The notes under the pieces were generated by a model. That model was given only the letters and a program-made list of their open reading frames with translations. It had not been told where the DNA came from and searched no databases. A DNA stretch of 61,761 bases, counting the filler, from Aduncisulcus paluster (lineage: Eukaryota): assembly GCA_024181965.1 (NCBI GenBank). It is 5 parts of 5 records of this genome, joined end to end, with 100 filler letters (N's around TTAATTAATTAA, not from the genome) between each part and the next. Parts side by side here need not be neighbours in the genome. Positions count along the whole stretch, not along the records: positions 37,595 to 51,151 come from BQXS01010793.1; positions 51,252 to 61,761 come from BQXS01010798.1; 3 more parts are not named here. One strand, given 5' to 3'. The translations under genes were made by a program, and so were the position numbers. Shown here in pieces: positions 45,866-56,995 of this stretch (position 1 is its first letter; every line of letters starts with the position of its first letter).

Positions 45866-48067
45866 ATGGGAATCAAAACACCGCCCTTTAGGGTGATTGA
45901 TGATTTTGAGCCATATCCACAAAGGGATTTCAATTTACCTTGGCCTCCCAAGCCAAGAAGACATCCTGTATTTTCCACAGAGCCTTTATATTGTAGTGGA
46001 TTCTTTTCTATGAGGAAAACATTGATTACTGTTGTTGATCTCGAAGTATTAATGGACTCACACAAATTTGACTCATCTGAGTCGCCTGAGAAGGTCGCTA
46101 CCCAACATTGTCATCCATTATGGATGAAACAAGAATTATTAGATGAAAAGGATGATGTTAGATACTCATATTCTGAAGGTAAGACTGCTAGATTGCATGC
46201 TTTGCAAGAAATACTTGCTGCCGATGAAAGAGATGCTAAAAAGATGGATTCTAGTCGTGGTGTTAGAGTGAGTGATGGAAATGGGTTTAAATCCTCACAA
46301 CACATTGTTGTAGCTCGTTTGGCATATCATATTCTGTCTGTAACTCCAGAGATTCCTGATGTGGTCGTATCTACATCAGCTAAAACATCTTTCCCGTATT
46401 TAACACAACGTTGTGGCCATTTAGTTCCTCACATTTCTGTGATGCGTTCGTGGCTAAAGAATGAAGGTATTTCGACGGTTGAAGATCTTCCCAAGAGTTG
46501 TCTTGGAATATCCCACTCTGTGAGACGCCGTAAACGCCTCTTCCGGAATTGTTCCAAGAAAGAATTGGTTATTGAACTCTCCTTGCGTTTGTTAGAGCGC
46601 CTATTAACCTACACTCGTGTTGGTCGTGGAGTCTACCCACTAACCATTGATAAAACGCATAGTTTCCGTTACATTACAATGCCCTTTACGCAGCATCATA
46701 GTGGTATGTATCATTCCAGGTCTGTCTCGCCACCTCCCATTAAAAAGAAGAAACCTTTGAAACGCATCAAGAAACTCGGTAGAAGTCCGCTTAAACGGCC
46801 ATCAAGATCGTCGGGGGCAGCACCTTTCTCGATGATGTCTTCCTCTGGCGATGGCACGTTTGTTTCTTTCCCTTCATCATCATCTCGAGGTATCTCCTCC
46901 ACTTTGTTCGTCCCTGGATCTGTTTTGAGGAGCTTAATGTCTGCACCCGCAGAACCCCCTGCTATTCATGGGTCTGAGCTCGAGAAGATCATGAATAATC
47001 CGAATCCTCTTCGCAGGCGGCGTTTCTCCCGCTCCTTGCCGAATTCTCCTTGGGTATGTGGGTGTGCTTCGGACATGTATCACCCTGCTATGATTGCACT
47101 GCGTCTTGGCATTGAAGAGAATACGATTGAACGGGAATGGCACTCACTTAGCGAAAAGAAACTCTACCCTTCTGAATCTGTTGCAAAGAATGATTATTTC
47201 TCGACGAGCGCTCAACGTTCTGTTAAACGCCGTTCCTTCCTTCCGTCTGACCCTCTCCCGCATTCAACAGCATGTGTAGATATCTATAATCCTATGATTA
47301 ATGGTGGCGGTGGACGCAAGAAACCTCTGTTGATCGGTGCTCCTTCGTCCTCTTCCCCATCACATGGTTCCATTCATGAACTTCCTGCTATTCCTTCGTG
47401 TCATCTTCATGTCTGTGTCGATGTAGATTTCAGTTATGTTGATGCTGCTCTTCTTAAGGACAGAGAAAGGGAGGATGAACGAGAGTCCGAGTCCTCTTCG
47501 TTTTCTTTATTATATTCTGAAAATGCTTCCCTCGCATCGGCCATCTCTTCTCCGCCCCTCTCTCTCACATCCTCCATAGCCATGTGTCCTTCCTCCCCTC
47601 TTTCTGAGGAGAGAGAACATGAAGAAGAGGGTGACGGGGAAGGAGATCGGAGGCAGAGAAGCACTCCGTTATCAAGGAAAACAAGCTTATTGAGACATTC
47701 TACACTCCCTGCATCGAATTCCCTGAGCTTGATTTCTTCACTTTCCTCTGCAACTTCTTCTTTGCCTTCAAATCTTGGCATTAATTCCACAATCCCAAGG
47801 GAGGAAGAGGAGGAGGAGAGAGAAGATGGAAGTGAAAATGGTTTTACTGGACCTTCACAGATCCAGTGTCAATGTATAGCCATCAGTGGTGGGTTTTCTT
47901 ATGAAAAGGAAAGTGTTTTGTGGGCACAAAAAATACTTAATTCTACATCAAGAAGAAGAAGAAACGGAAGAACTGAAATTGGAGCGCGGAGAACAAGAAT
48001 TTCGTGTAAAATTGGAAAACCTACGAGAATCTCGCCTCGCTGCGAGTCCTCAGCCTCGATTCTATGA
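45866..48067 (+). CDS. Hypothetical protein (733 aa, Ser/Arg-rich)
   Basis: Long ATG-initiated ORF between AT-rich spacers; no family recognised. Confidence 0.7.
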   Translation: MGIKTPPFRVIDDFEPYPQRDFNLPWPPKPRRHPVFSTEPLYCSGFFSMRKTLITVVDLEVLMDSHKFDSSESPEKVATQHCHPLWMKQELLDEKDDVRYSYSEGKTARLHALQEILAADERDAKKMDSSRGVRVSDGNGFKSSQHIVVARLAYHILSVTPEIPDVVVSTSAKTSFPYLTQRCGHLVPHISVMRSWLKNEGISTVEDLPKSCLGISHSVRRRKRLFRNCSKKELVIELSLRLLERLLTYTRVGRGVYPLTIDKTHSFRYITMPFTQHHSGMYHSRSVSPPPIKKKKPLKRIKKLGRSPLKRPSRSSGAAPFSMMSSSGDGTFVSFPSSSSRGISSTLFVPGSVLRSLMSAPAEPPAIHGSELEKIMNNPNPLRRRRFSRSLPNSPWVCGCASDMYHPAMIALRLGIEENTIEREWHSLSEKKLYPSESVAKNDYFSTSAQRSVKRRSFLPSDPLPHSTACVDIYNPMINGGGGRKKPLLIGAPSSSSPSHGSIHELPAIPSCHLHVCVDVDFSYVDAALLKDREREDERESESSSFSLLYSENASLASAISSPPLSLTSSIAMCPSSPLSEEREHEEEGDGEGDRRQRSTPLSRKTSLLRHSTLPASNSLSLISSLSSATSSLPSNLGINSTIPREEEEEEREDGSENGFTGPSQIQCQCIAISGGFSYEKESVLWAQKILNSTSRRRRNGRTEIGARRTRISCKIGKPTRISPRCESSASIL

Positions 48068-48231
48068 TTGTTTAGTAAAATAATTTTGAAAACGCTTCTT
48101 AAAGGGGATTTTTTTCGAATTTTTTTTTTTCACAATTTATTCCCGAAATCAACTGATTTTATTGGTTAAAAAATTGTCAAGGCAAAGGAAAACAGGGGTA
48201 TCTACCCTTCTATGTGGGCTTGGAAGAGGCC

Positions 48232-48275
48232 TGTGCATAAGAGAAGCGACTTGTGCATAAGAGAAGCGACTTGTG
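48232..48275. repeat. 20-bp intergenic tandem repeat (~2.2 copies)
   Basis: TGTGCATAAGAGAAGCGACT x2 plus TGTG. Confidence 0.9.
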
Positions 48276-48592
48276 TATCGTTTTATAGCTGGAATTAGAT
48301 CCGAAAGAAAGAACCAAAGAGCAAGGGTACTCCCCTAAGCTTTTAGTTCTTTCGACCAAAAAAAACACCTAAAAATCTCACAAACGGAAAGGTATTAATA
48401 CTATTAACAAAATTTAAAAAAATATATATATATATATATATCTCATCCCATGACGGAGCTTAAAGATGTTATTCCAACCAACAGTTCTCAAATTTAATTA
48501 TTCTACACAAATCTACAATAAAATTTGAGAAAGAAGGAGTTATTCATAAAGAAACATACGAAAAGACAAATAAAAAAACGATGCAAAAACGA

Positions 48593-51151
48593 TTAAAATA
48601 CAAACGACCCAATAGAACTGAGAAATTCGTAATCAATGAACATACTGATCTCGTTCTCTTCTTCTTCTCCACTCACCCTCTCCATTTCCATCTCCCTTTC
48701 CCATCTGTCCCGATCAAACCCTTCAAATGAATATGTCTTTGCATCAAAAAGAGCCTCAACTCCACCTCCAGTTCGTTCAATCAGGTCATACGCCGATTGT
48801 CTCAAAGATCTTTCCTCATCGAATCCCATCTTAACAAGGAGGTGTTGGGGAGGAGTGTATTGGATGAGTGAAGAATGGCTGATCACGTGGGAAGATTGCG
48901 TGGACGAGTTATCTGAAGGGTCGACACTTTCACAATAAGTTCCCATACATTGTACCATTTGATCAAATATTCCTGGAAAGCGTTCCGGTTCTTGATCCTC
49001 TCCATCTCTCAATTCCATCTTCTTCTTTCTCAGATCCCTGATAGGTTGAAATGTCAATTCTCGATTTGAAATGGCATCAAAATTGATAGATTTTATCCCT
49101 TTTCCATCTTTACAGAGTTTAATCGTAAATTCAATTGTACACATAAGATTTGTTCCATAATAATAATTATTTAAACATGCATCCTCACGAAAATCCTCCT
49201 TTTTTCCAATTCCAAAGGAATTTTGACCAACAATTTGGGGTTGATTTGAGTCTAATTCAATGATAATCACCGGAAAAATAAGGACAAATGGCGTTGAGTG
49301 GATGAGATTCAGAAAATGACTTTCACTGATAAATGACATGATATTTTTACAATATCCATCAATAAAATGCTTACTTTCACGTATTTTGAATGGTTTGGTC
49401 AGACACCAAGCCATGGATTCATCAAACAAGGGAGATATTTGAGGAATTAAAGATCTACGCGATGAGAAAGATCTAATCAATTTAAACCATGATTCAATAG
49501 CCCATCCCTGTGGTTTACATCCTGTTCCTTCCTTAATCTCTAATATCCATTGTTTTAACATATCCTTAACTGCGTCGTAGATTTCAAATACATATTCATC
49601 ACTCACAGAACAAAGTTGGCTAAAAAAAGACAATATGGAATGGTGAGAAGAAACCATTATCGAAGAAGATTCCCTCAAATAGTTAAGAAGAGGGTAAAAT
49701 AAAGGCCATGAATATGCACATAACTCAACATCAGGAGACTCTGAGCCTCTCATACTTGTCAAAGACCTAAGAATAAACATCCAAGCACAGTGGATGTGAG
49801 AACCCGTATAGTCTTTCATCCAAGGAATCATGAATGGTAAAATCAGTTCAATTATCCTCTTCTTATCAGCAATGGATAGAGAAGGGGAGAGGCAGAGAGA
49901 GAGAATGGTATTTATCGTATAATCTATGATATCATTGCCATATCGAACAAGGGTTCCTCTCCTCAATATTCTGGAAAAACTTGGAAATATTTTTGTCACA
50001 ATATCGGAATATTCACTTTGGGTATGATTTTTATAACTCAGACAGAAAAAAGAATACAACGAATCGACCAAACCATCCAATACGATTTGAATGTGGGAAA
50101 AGAGATCAATAAATGTTATAAATATATCTTGATAGATTTCTAACAGCTGAGAAAGTTCTGTTTCTTCCTCTTCACATGAGATGTCTTGGCTAATGAAGGA
50201 ATTAAGACACTCACAACAAAATATAATATCAACTCGATTCTTAACTATTAATTCATCTGGTATAGATAAATTAGCAAACAATATATCTCGATTTGAATAA
50301 TATAACGAAGAAAAAGATTGGATTGTTGATGTTTCATGGATTTTGGTGGAGAGAGTCTGCCATGACAGATATCGAGAATAACAATTATAAAAATAATTTG
50401 TTTTAAATGCAACAATATTCTCACATGAATAACAATACAAAAAAAATTCATCATATTTGGGACTAATAATGGGGCGAATGGATGGAACCTCAGAAAGGAT
50501 TGAGAAAAACTTCAAAAAAGAGAACAAACCTAAATTTGGACGGAATTCTTTAATTCGTGATATCCATACGTCAAGATATTGCTCAACCTCCTCAAATATC
50601 TCGGTAGCTTGTGCTGGAATGGAAGAAAGGTTTGCAAAGAATCGAAGATAATCTACAAAAAAACTATGACCAAACTGAATTCGATCATCATGATACATGC
50701 TTAAAACAGTATCAAAAATGGGTCTAAATAAAGGAAATAATGTTTTACACCTTTCAATGTGTGGAGTTCGTGTGCTATGATCGAGAGTTGAGATATTTAG
50801 TAGAATTTCTAAAATGGCATCACATATCTGTGAACTAGGATATTTCTCAAGCCAATTCCCGATATAATTGGCAATAAACGAATATAATCTCTCCATTTCA
50901 GGACCCTTAAAGTCATTTGAAACGAAATAACAAATAATAGAAAGAACGTTACTTGCAAATTCATCTCCAAAAAAGTTGGTTTCAAGAGTTGATCCCATTT
51001 CCAAAATTCGACAAATACAATCCATGGAAAATGTCATAGATATGCGCATTTGTTCTAATGTTCCCACAGAAAGAACATGAAAAACCAATTCGATAAATAC
51101 TTTGGTTGGCACGTTGATTTGTGTTTTATCTGAAAGAACTGATTCAACATT
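48593..51151 (-). CDS. Helical-repeat family protein, 5'-truncated at the contig edge
   Basis: The frame is open to the linker. It has two copies of the module FFxxL..EI(F/Y)..V...L..W...FF/LI..S....I.P.ISP.(Y/F)D, homologous to 22886..24688. Confidence 0.75.
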   Translation of the reverse strand, partial: NVESVLSDKTQINVPTKVFIELVFHVLSVGTLEQMRISMTFSMDCICRILEMGSTLETNFFGDEFASNVLSIICYFVSNDFKGPEMERLYSFIANYIGNWLEKYPSSQICDAILEILLNISTLDHSTRTPHIERCKTLFPLFRPIFDTVLSMYHDDRIQFGHSFFVDYLRFFANLSSIPAQATEIFEEVEQYLDVWISRIKEFRPNLGLFSFLKFFSILSEVPSIRPIISPKYDEFFLYCYSCENIVAFKTNYFYNCYSRYLSWQTLSTKIHETSTIQSFSSLYYSNRDILFANLSIPDELIVKNRVDIIFCCECLNSFISQDISCEEEETELSQLLEIYQDIFITFIDLFSHIQIVLDGLVDSLYSFFCLSYKNHTQSEYSDIVTKIFPSFSRILRRGTLVRYGNDIIDYTINTILSLCLSPSLSIADKKRIIELILPFMIPWMKDYTGSHIHCAWMFILRSLTSMRGSESPDVELCAYSWPLFYPLLNYLRESSSIMVSSHHSILSFFSQLCSVSDEYVFEIYDAVKDMLKQWILEIKEGTGCKPQGWAIESWFKLIRSFSSRRSLIPQISPLFDESMAWCLTKPFKIRESKHFIDGYCKNIMSFISESHFLNLIHSTPFVLIFPVIIIELDSNQPQIVGQNSFGIGKKEDFREDACLNNYYYGTNLMCTIEFTIKLCKDGKGIKSINFDAISNRELTFQPIRDLRKKKMELRDGEDQEPERFPGIFDQMVQCMGTYCESVDPSDNSSTQSSHVISHSSLIQYTPPQHLLVKMGFDEERSLRQSAYDLIERTGGGVEALFDAKTYSFEGFDRDRWEREMEMERVSGEEEENEISMFIDYEFLSSIGSFVF

Positions 51152-51251
51152 NNNNNNNNNNNNNNNNNNNNNNNNNNNNNNNNNNNNNNNNNNNNTTAAT
51201 TAATTAANNNNNNNNNNNNNNNNNNNNNNNNNNNNNNNNNNNNNNNNNNNN
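51152..51251. other. Artificial contig linker
   Basis: 44 N + TTAATTAATTAA + 44 N. Confidence 0.98.
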
Positions 51252-51947
51252 TATTCTTTTCGGAGAATACCTTTCAACAAGACAAGATTGGATGGATGGA
51301 GAGAAATTTCCGTTGTTACCAACGCAAAACCTCCACGAATGGGTAAAATTACTCGGAGAGAGGAGGGAATGGATGGTAAAGAAAGTTGTTGAGGCTCAGA
51401 AGAAAGTAGCAGAAGGAAGACTCGAGAGAAGTGAAGAAGGTGAATGGCCTGCTTTGCACTCGTATGTCCTTGTGAGACCGAAAAAGAAGCCACCCAAGTT
51501 ACATCCAAGATGGGCTGGTCCTGTTGAAGTTGTAAAACTATTCAAAGATAGGAACTCACTGGAGGTGAAGTGGTTATCAGGAAAAGAGGAAAATGAGGTC
51601 ATATCTCTACGAAGAATTGTGAAGTTCAGAAGTCAAGACTATTCGCTGGAAGACCTGAAGAAACTCGCTCAGCTTGACGATGAGGCATATGTAGTCGAGG
51701 AGATAAGAGGTCATCGAATGGGTGATGATGGATTAGAACTTTTAATCAAATGGTTAGGTTACGAAGAGGTCTTTTGGGAGCCAAAAGATGGATTAAAGAC
51801 AGTTCCATTGGTAATGGAATATTGTCAGGAAAAGGAGCTTGAGTAAGCATCCGGTGGGTGCCTCTCTAAAGGAGAGAAGGGTGTAATATAAGTAAATTTG
51901 CTAACGGTATAAATAGTATCGGTTTGCTTTATTTTAGAATCATCACA
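51252..51947 (+). mobile_element. 3' end of a chromovirus-type Ty3/Gypsy element: integrase GPY/F region, chromodomain, PPT and 3' LTR
   Basis: KLHPRWAGPVEV, then chromodomain YVVEEIRGHR..LLIKWLGYEEVFWEP, stop at 51846, polypurine tract AAAGGAGAGAAGGG (51868-51881), then TG. Confidence 0.9.
51882..51947 (+). repeat. Putative 3' LTR, 66 bp
   Basis: It starts TGTAAT right after the PPT and ends ATCACA (imperfect inverted ends), with TATAAATA inside. Its CA end coincides with the point where the opposing integrase is cut. Confidence 0.6.
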
Positions 51948-54900
51948 GTCCCACTGAATCTACTGCGATTTCCTTGAATGCTTGACTAGTGGAGATGGTA
52001 GCAAAATGTCCTGAGTCTTTTTTCAGTCTCATTTTTGCACAGTAAACACAATGACTCGATAACTCCTTTGCAAGTGCGTTCATTCCAGGAAAATTGATCC
52101 CAGAGGATCTCATAGAGTACAGAATTTTCTCCGATGAAGCGTGGCCCAGCCTCACATGTTCCTTGTAGATAATCTTGTCTTTAATTGATAATGCATCATC
52201 CCCTAATATAATTTCGTTCTTTTTGTTAACGAAAATTCCGTTAATGCATTTTCCTTCAGATAATAAGTCTTTTGGTAACCCATTTTGATAATTAATGATC
52301 TGGTCGACCACTGATTCTTCCGGGTTGTTCCTTGCTTCGACATCGTCTGTCTGAACGTCTATTGCTTTGAGAAAAGACGCTGAACCCACTTGATGTGTTC
52401 TGGATAGCAGGTCGGCAAACGCGTTGGACCTCCCAGCGATATGTTTGATTGAAAACTCAAACGGAGATATCTTGAGTCGCCAACGGAGAAGTTTCGGTAC
52501 TTCAGACTGATATATATATGTGAGATTGCGGTGGTCGGTTTCTATAAGGAAAGGTTTACCCAGCAAGAAATACGTGTTCGAGACGATCCCATACATTACT
52601 CCAAAAGCCTCCTGCTCAATCGTGCTCCATTTTTGCTCTGCCGGGGTGAACTTCTTAGAAAACAAGTTTATGAGATGTAATTCTCCATCTACCTCCTGCA
52701 GTAACACTCCACCCATACCGAAAGTACTTGCATCCGTTCTCAAAATGAATGTGCCGCCTGGTTTTACGTGATGCAGAGTAAGCCGTTTCTCCAGCTTTTC
52801 CAATATCGAGTTCCAAGCCTTCTGCTGATCTTCGCCCCATGAAAAGGGGTATTGCTTGACATCAGTCTGGTTATAGGCTCCGATAACCTCGAATAGTCTG
52901 GTATGAATTGACGGAGGAAGTTGATGGATCCCACCAACTTCTGCACTCCCTTCACTGAGAATGGCGGTGGCATGTTCCGTAGATTCTCCAACCTTGTTTC
53001 ATCGACTCGTCGCCCGTTTTTGTCTATAATGAACCCCAGGTACTTTACGTCATTCATACCGGTAAAACACTTCTGAAAATTGAGAATTAAGTTCACTCGC
53101 CCCAATCTCTCCAATACCTCCGTCAGATTGGTTAAGAAACTTGCCTTATCATGACCGAAAACCAAGATATCATCGAGATATACTAGGCACTTGGCGCCAA
53201 TTATGTCGTGGAGTTGTTCATTGAGACACCGTTGAAAATGGGCCGGGGCTGTCTTCAGGCCGAAAGGCATGCGGCTCCACTCGAACAGCCCCCAAGGAGT
53301 CGTAAATGCCGTCAGAGGTCTCGAAGATTCCTCCACCTCGATATTATAATACCCTGACTTGAGGTCAAGGGCCGCAAAGATGGACTGGCCAGAAAGAGCA
53401 GCGAATAATTGGTCCTGTCTGGGCAGCGGATAGCTGTCAGCGATTGTTTTCTTGTTAAGGACTTTATAATCACAGCACATCCTGACATCACCTGTCTTCT
53501 TGTTAACCAGGACAAGCGGGGCGGCGAACCGGCTAGATGATGGATGAATAAAGCCTTGTACCCGTAACAAATCAATCATCTCCTTGACTTCGGACTGCAA
53601 ATGGTACGGAATTAGGCGGAATGGGCTTCGAGCGATTGTGTCCGGTTGGACTTCCAATTTAAAGCGGTCTACCGTGGCGGGTTGTGTACGGTCGATTCTA
53701 CTTTCATACTGATTGAGAAGCACTTGAACGTCCTCCTTGATCTCCGGAATATCACAGGTCCATCCCTTCGTGGAGGATGTATCGAACGGTTGTGGAATAT
53801 TTAAATCGATCTCATTTTCCAATTCCGATTTGCTTGTGTTACTTTTTGACGGTTGTTTCCATTCAATCAGCCCAGCTTGTTCGATGCATTTTCCTGACAA
53901 TATCACTTTATGCCGATCCCCCAGGTCGTCCAAAACGTAGCATGCTTCCTGGATGGCAAGGGAGGCACCATCGAATCCCTCGATGGGTACTATAACATTT
54001 AAAACATGATTTGTCTCCACCATTTGTCCCGTTGCTGTGGATAACTTCTTAGATATCACCCGTTCAGTCCGTTCTTCCCATCCGTTAATGAAACTTCTAT
54101 CTATTACAGATAGGTTCGCTCCTGTATCCAACAAGATAGTTCCCAGTCGTTCTACACCTCCCGAAACCGGTTTAACCCAGGCTTGTCGCTCCGCCGCGTT
54201 CGATGATAAACTTTTAAGGTACTTACTGGAGGCTTTACTCACTGCTTGAGAAGGAGCCTCCTGACAGGCGCTGGCGTAGTGACCAATCCTTTTACACTTG
54301 TGGCACCTGACTTTCGGGAAAAAACGGTGATAACGAGGGTCGTGATGCTTGATGAAGGGCTTGCGGCCACGGTGCTTTCTTCCGATCGTTTGGACATCCT
54401 CAGAATCCGGTTTCCCTTGGGTTTTCTTATCTTGGGAGAACCTTCGCTTCCCACTACGTCTCGGACAGTCCTTCCACTTGTGTCCTGGTTGGCCACACTT
54501 GAAGCATCGAATGACGTGGGAAGTTTGTGGAGGGGTTGTCAAGGCTCGTTCCGCTTCGAAAGCTAGCATTCTTTTCACCTCACCCACAGAGATTTGGGTA
54601 ATTTTTGGCACGTCATAGGTGTCAGACGGAATCATTGCGGATACTCTTTCTTGAAGTCGCTGGGGTTCCAAGCCATCCATAAAAAGCTTGACAACCTTCT
54701 TAGGGTCAGGTTTTGCCAATGATCGGCTCAGTTCTTTGGAGAATTGTTGAGAAAACTCCAGGAAGGCATCCATGCTCAGGGGTGATGACATACGAACCGC
54801 CCGGAGCTTATCGTATAATTCGATGGTGGAGGAAGATGAGAATAGACTCTCAACTTCAAGAAAGGCGTGGTCTCGTTGGGTTTGCAGCGTGAAGTACCCC

Positions 54901-55205
54901 ACTCCGGAAATAGTGGTTATGAAGGATAGTGCTGACACCGAACAGAAATGTGGCCAAGGTTTCTTTCCTCCCAGAGAAAGATAGTGCTGAAATTCAGCCA
55001 CGAACTGCGTCCAAGATTCGGTTGTAACCTGGTCGAGGAAGGGTTGAATAATTTCCTCAGATAACAGCTTAGACTTTCCACTCATGGTTAATACTATTAA
55101 TTAGTAGTACTAATATTAATATTGTTATAACTCTAATGAGTTGGTCAAATTTTATTAAATAAACACACTGTTGTTGTTCTAAATATAGAACATGAGAATC
55201 TAACA
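51948..55205 (-). mobile_element. Ty3/Gypsy LTR retrotransposon: 5' LTR, gag (2 CCHC), PR, RT, RNase H, truncated integrase; frameshift at ~52842
   Basis: CFKCGQPGHKWKDC and CHKCKRIGHYASAC, LLDTGA, LDLKSGY, MPFGL, YLDD, TDAS, ETDHRNL, ADLLSR, integrase HVRLGH..CVYC, ending at VDSVG. Confidence 0.93.
55123..55205 (-). repeat. Putative 5' LTR, 83 bp
   Basis: On the minus strand it reads TGTTA...TAACA (5-bp inverted ends) with TATATTTA and AATAAA inside. It ends 37 nt upstream of the gag ATG at 55085. Confidence 0.6.
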
Positions 55206-55222
55206 CATGCTCTGCTCATCTT

Positions 55223-55568
55223 TTGAGTACAGTGGTTCAACACTATATCACCTTCTTTTTTGAACAAATTGAAATCTTTTTAGAGGATCTTAATATTGTT
55301 TTAAGTTCAGGATCCCAGGAAAATAGAACTTTGTGTTCTCTATTAGGTATTCAAGTACCTCGATATACAAAAAATCAATGGACGTCTCTTCTGGAGGAAT
55401 ATTCCAAAGTTTGTTCTTCGTGGGATGATATATTATCTTGTTTAAAATTTAAAAGGCAAACAGATCAAGTCAAATCTTGCCAAACGTTTTTACTGAACGA
55501 ATCATATAGAAAATTCAATAGTTCGTTGATGAAAGAGTTCATTCCGTGTGCTTTGGAGGTACAGTCCA
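55223..55568 (+). pseudogene. Possible hAT transposase internal fragment
   Basis: VPRYTKNQWTSLL and EFIPCALEVQS loosely match the hAT TRWxS and LxP...LQS segments. Confidence 0.35.
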
Positions 55569-55885
55569 TGTTGTTACAGAAAGTTCATATCGAGTTGGGA
55601 CATGCATCAGAAAAGTTGATGGTAAGAGTTCTAAAGGAGAGAGGTTTTACTTGGTTAGGCATGGTAAAACAAGCGAAAGAATTAAGACAGAAATGTGTCC
55701 GGTGCCAGAAAGTTTTCAAGGGCAAAGCAGTACCTATCAGCCATCATTTGAAGGCTTCCGCTGTTTCGAACACATATCAGTCGATACAGTTGGTCCCTTG
55801 CCAGAAGACAACAACGGATATAAACATTTATTGGTCGCAATTGACGATTTTTCTCGTTTTGCTGTCATTGTCCCATTACATAATG
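55569..55885 (+). mobile_element. Gypsy integrase fragment (HHCC plus start of catalytic core), frameshifted
   Basis: HIELGHAS..CVRCQ, then FEHISVDTVGPLP..YKHLLVAIDDFSRF in the next frame. Confidence 0.85.
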
Positions 55886-56408
55886 TAACCCGATTCAGAT
55901 ATAAATACGGACGAATAGCCCAGATTCAGTTCAATATCTGTGATACTTTTCTTTTCTCGAAAACATTTGTATCATACGCGTCAGAGTCAAAATATGTAAT
56001 AACACATCTAATACAAATGAACGTACTAAAACAATCCATTTTTGTTTGCCTCCTTGTGCATTATATTGCATACTGGCAAAAGAACTCATGCCAGTCATCT
56101 TTCGAAAACTTAGTCAAAAAGGGTGGTTTTAATATCGGTGACATACTTATTTAATCAGTGAATTCACTGTAATTTAAGTAAAGTGTATGTAGGTGTGTCA
56201 ATTTACTTGTATGTACAGTATATGTCTACATTTATCATTCGTGCTTAACTTCGCACATCAACATTCATATATTGATAGACCATAATCCATGATCTATACC
56301 AATAATATTAAGATCAATATTACATGGGGGGAAATTTTCGTCTGAAAATGGTCCCAGAGCAAACATGGACCAATTTCACAGACCAAATTTGATCAATTTT
56401 TGATCCGA

Positions 56409-56465
56409 GACCAAAAGTGGATCATTAAACATTGATCTCCAACCAAATTTGATCCACTTTTGGTC
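56409..56465. repeat. Perfect 16-bp inverted repeat with a 25-nt spacer, within a cluster of degenerate GACCAAATTTGATC repeats
   Basis: GACCAAAAGTGGATCA (56409-56424) and TGATCCACTTTTGGTC (56450-56465). Confidence 0.9.
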
Positions 56466-56734
56466 ATTTCCTAAAATAGTGATTTTTATTCGAAATAAAG
56501 CTTTGAGTTTTGATTTTCTCAAAATCTTTTTTTAGATCATTTTGTGCTTTGACAAATTTTCCAGGCGTGGATTCACTCGCAAGACCTAGGGACGTCTCTC
56601 CTGTTATTGACTGAATATTTGACCGGTCAACTTTCTCAAATGTTTCTAATCTGGTTGAGAGTCTAAGAATGGCAGACGACATAATTTCCATCGCTCTTTG
56701 TTGCTCTGCTAACATCTTTCGTAAACATTCAACT

Positions 56735-56990
56735 TCACTGGCATAAGAACTTCTACTTGGCTGGATAAATTTCTTATCCATTAAATCATCGATAATCTCC
56801 TTAACTGTCTGTTGGAATTTATAAGGAACCCTCCTTGGTGGATGTGACACTACCTCTTCCTTCACTAATTCCAACTTCAACGGACGAACTTCTATTGGGT
56901 CATCAGGTCTGACCTTATCAGCATAGTGTTTTACACTTCCTTCTGCTTTTTCTTTGATCTCCTGATCCTCCCAATGAATTACTGAAGCTA
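56735..56990 (-). mobile_element. Gypsy RT N-terminal fragment
   Basis: PPRRVPYKFQQTVKEIIDDLMDKKFIQPSRSSYAS; boundaries approximate. Confidence 0.75.
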
Positions 56991-56995
56991 TAGAT

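Noticed and set aside
48232-48275. Possible CRISPR-like repeat
   Set aside because: Direct 20-bp tandem copies without spacers, no cas genes, eukaryotic context.
52830-52850. Programmed frameshift in pol
   Set aside because: It lies between RT and RNase H at a T-run where one added base restores PFSWGEDQQKAW. This is not the gag-pol junction and is most likely a mutation or sequencing indel.
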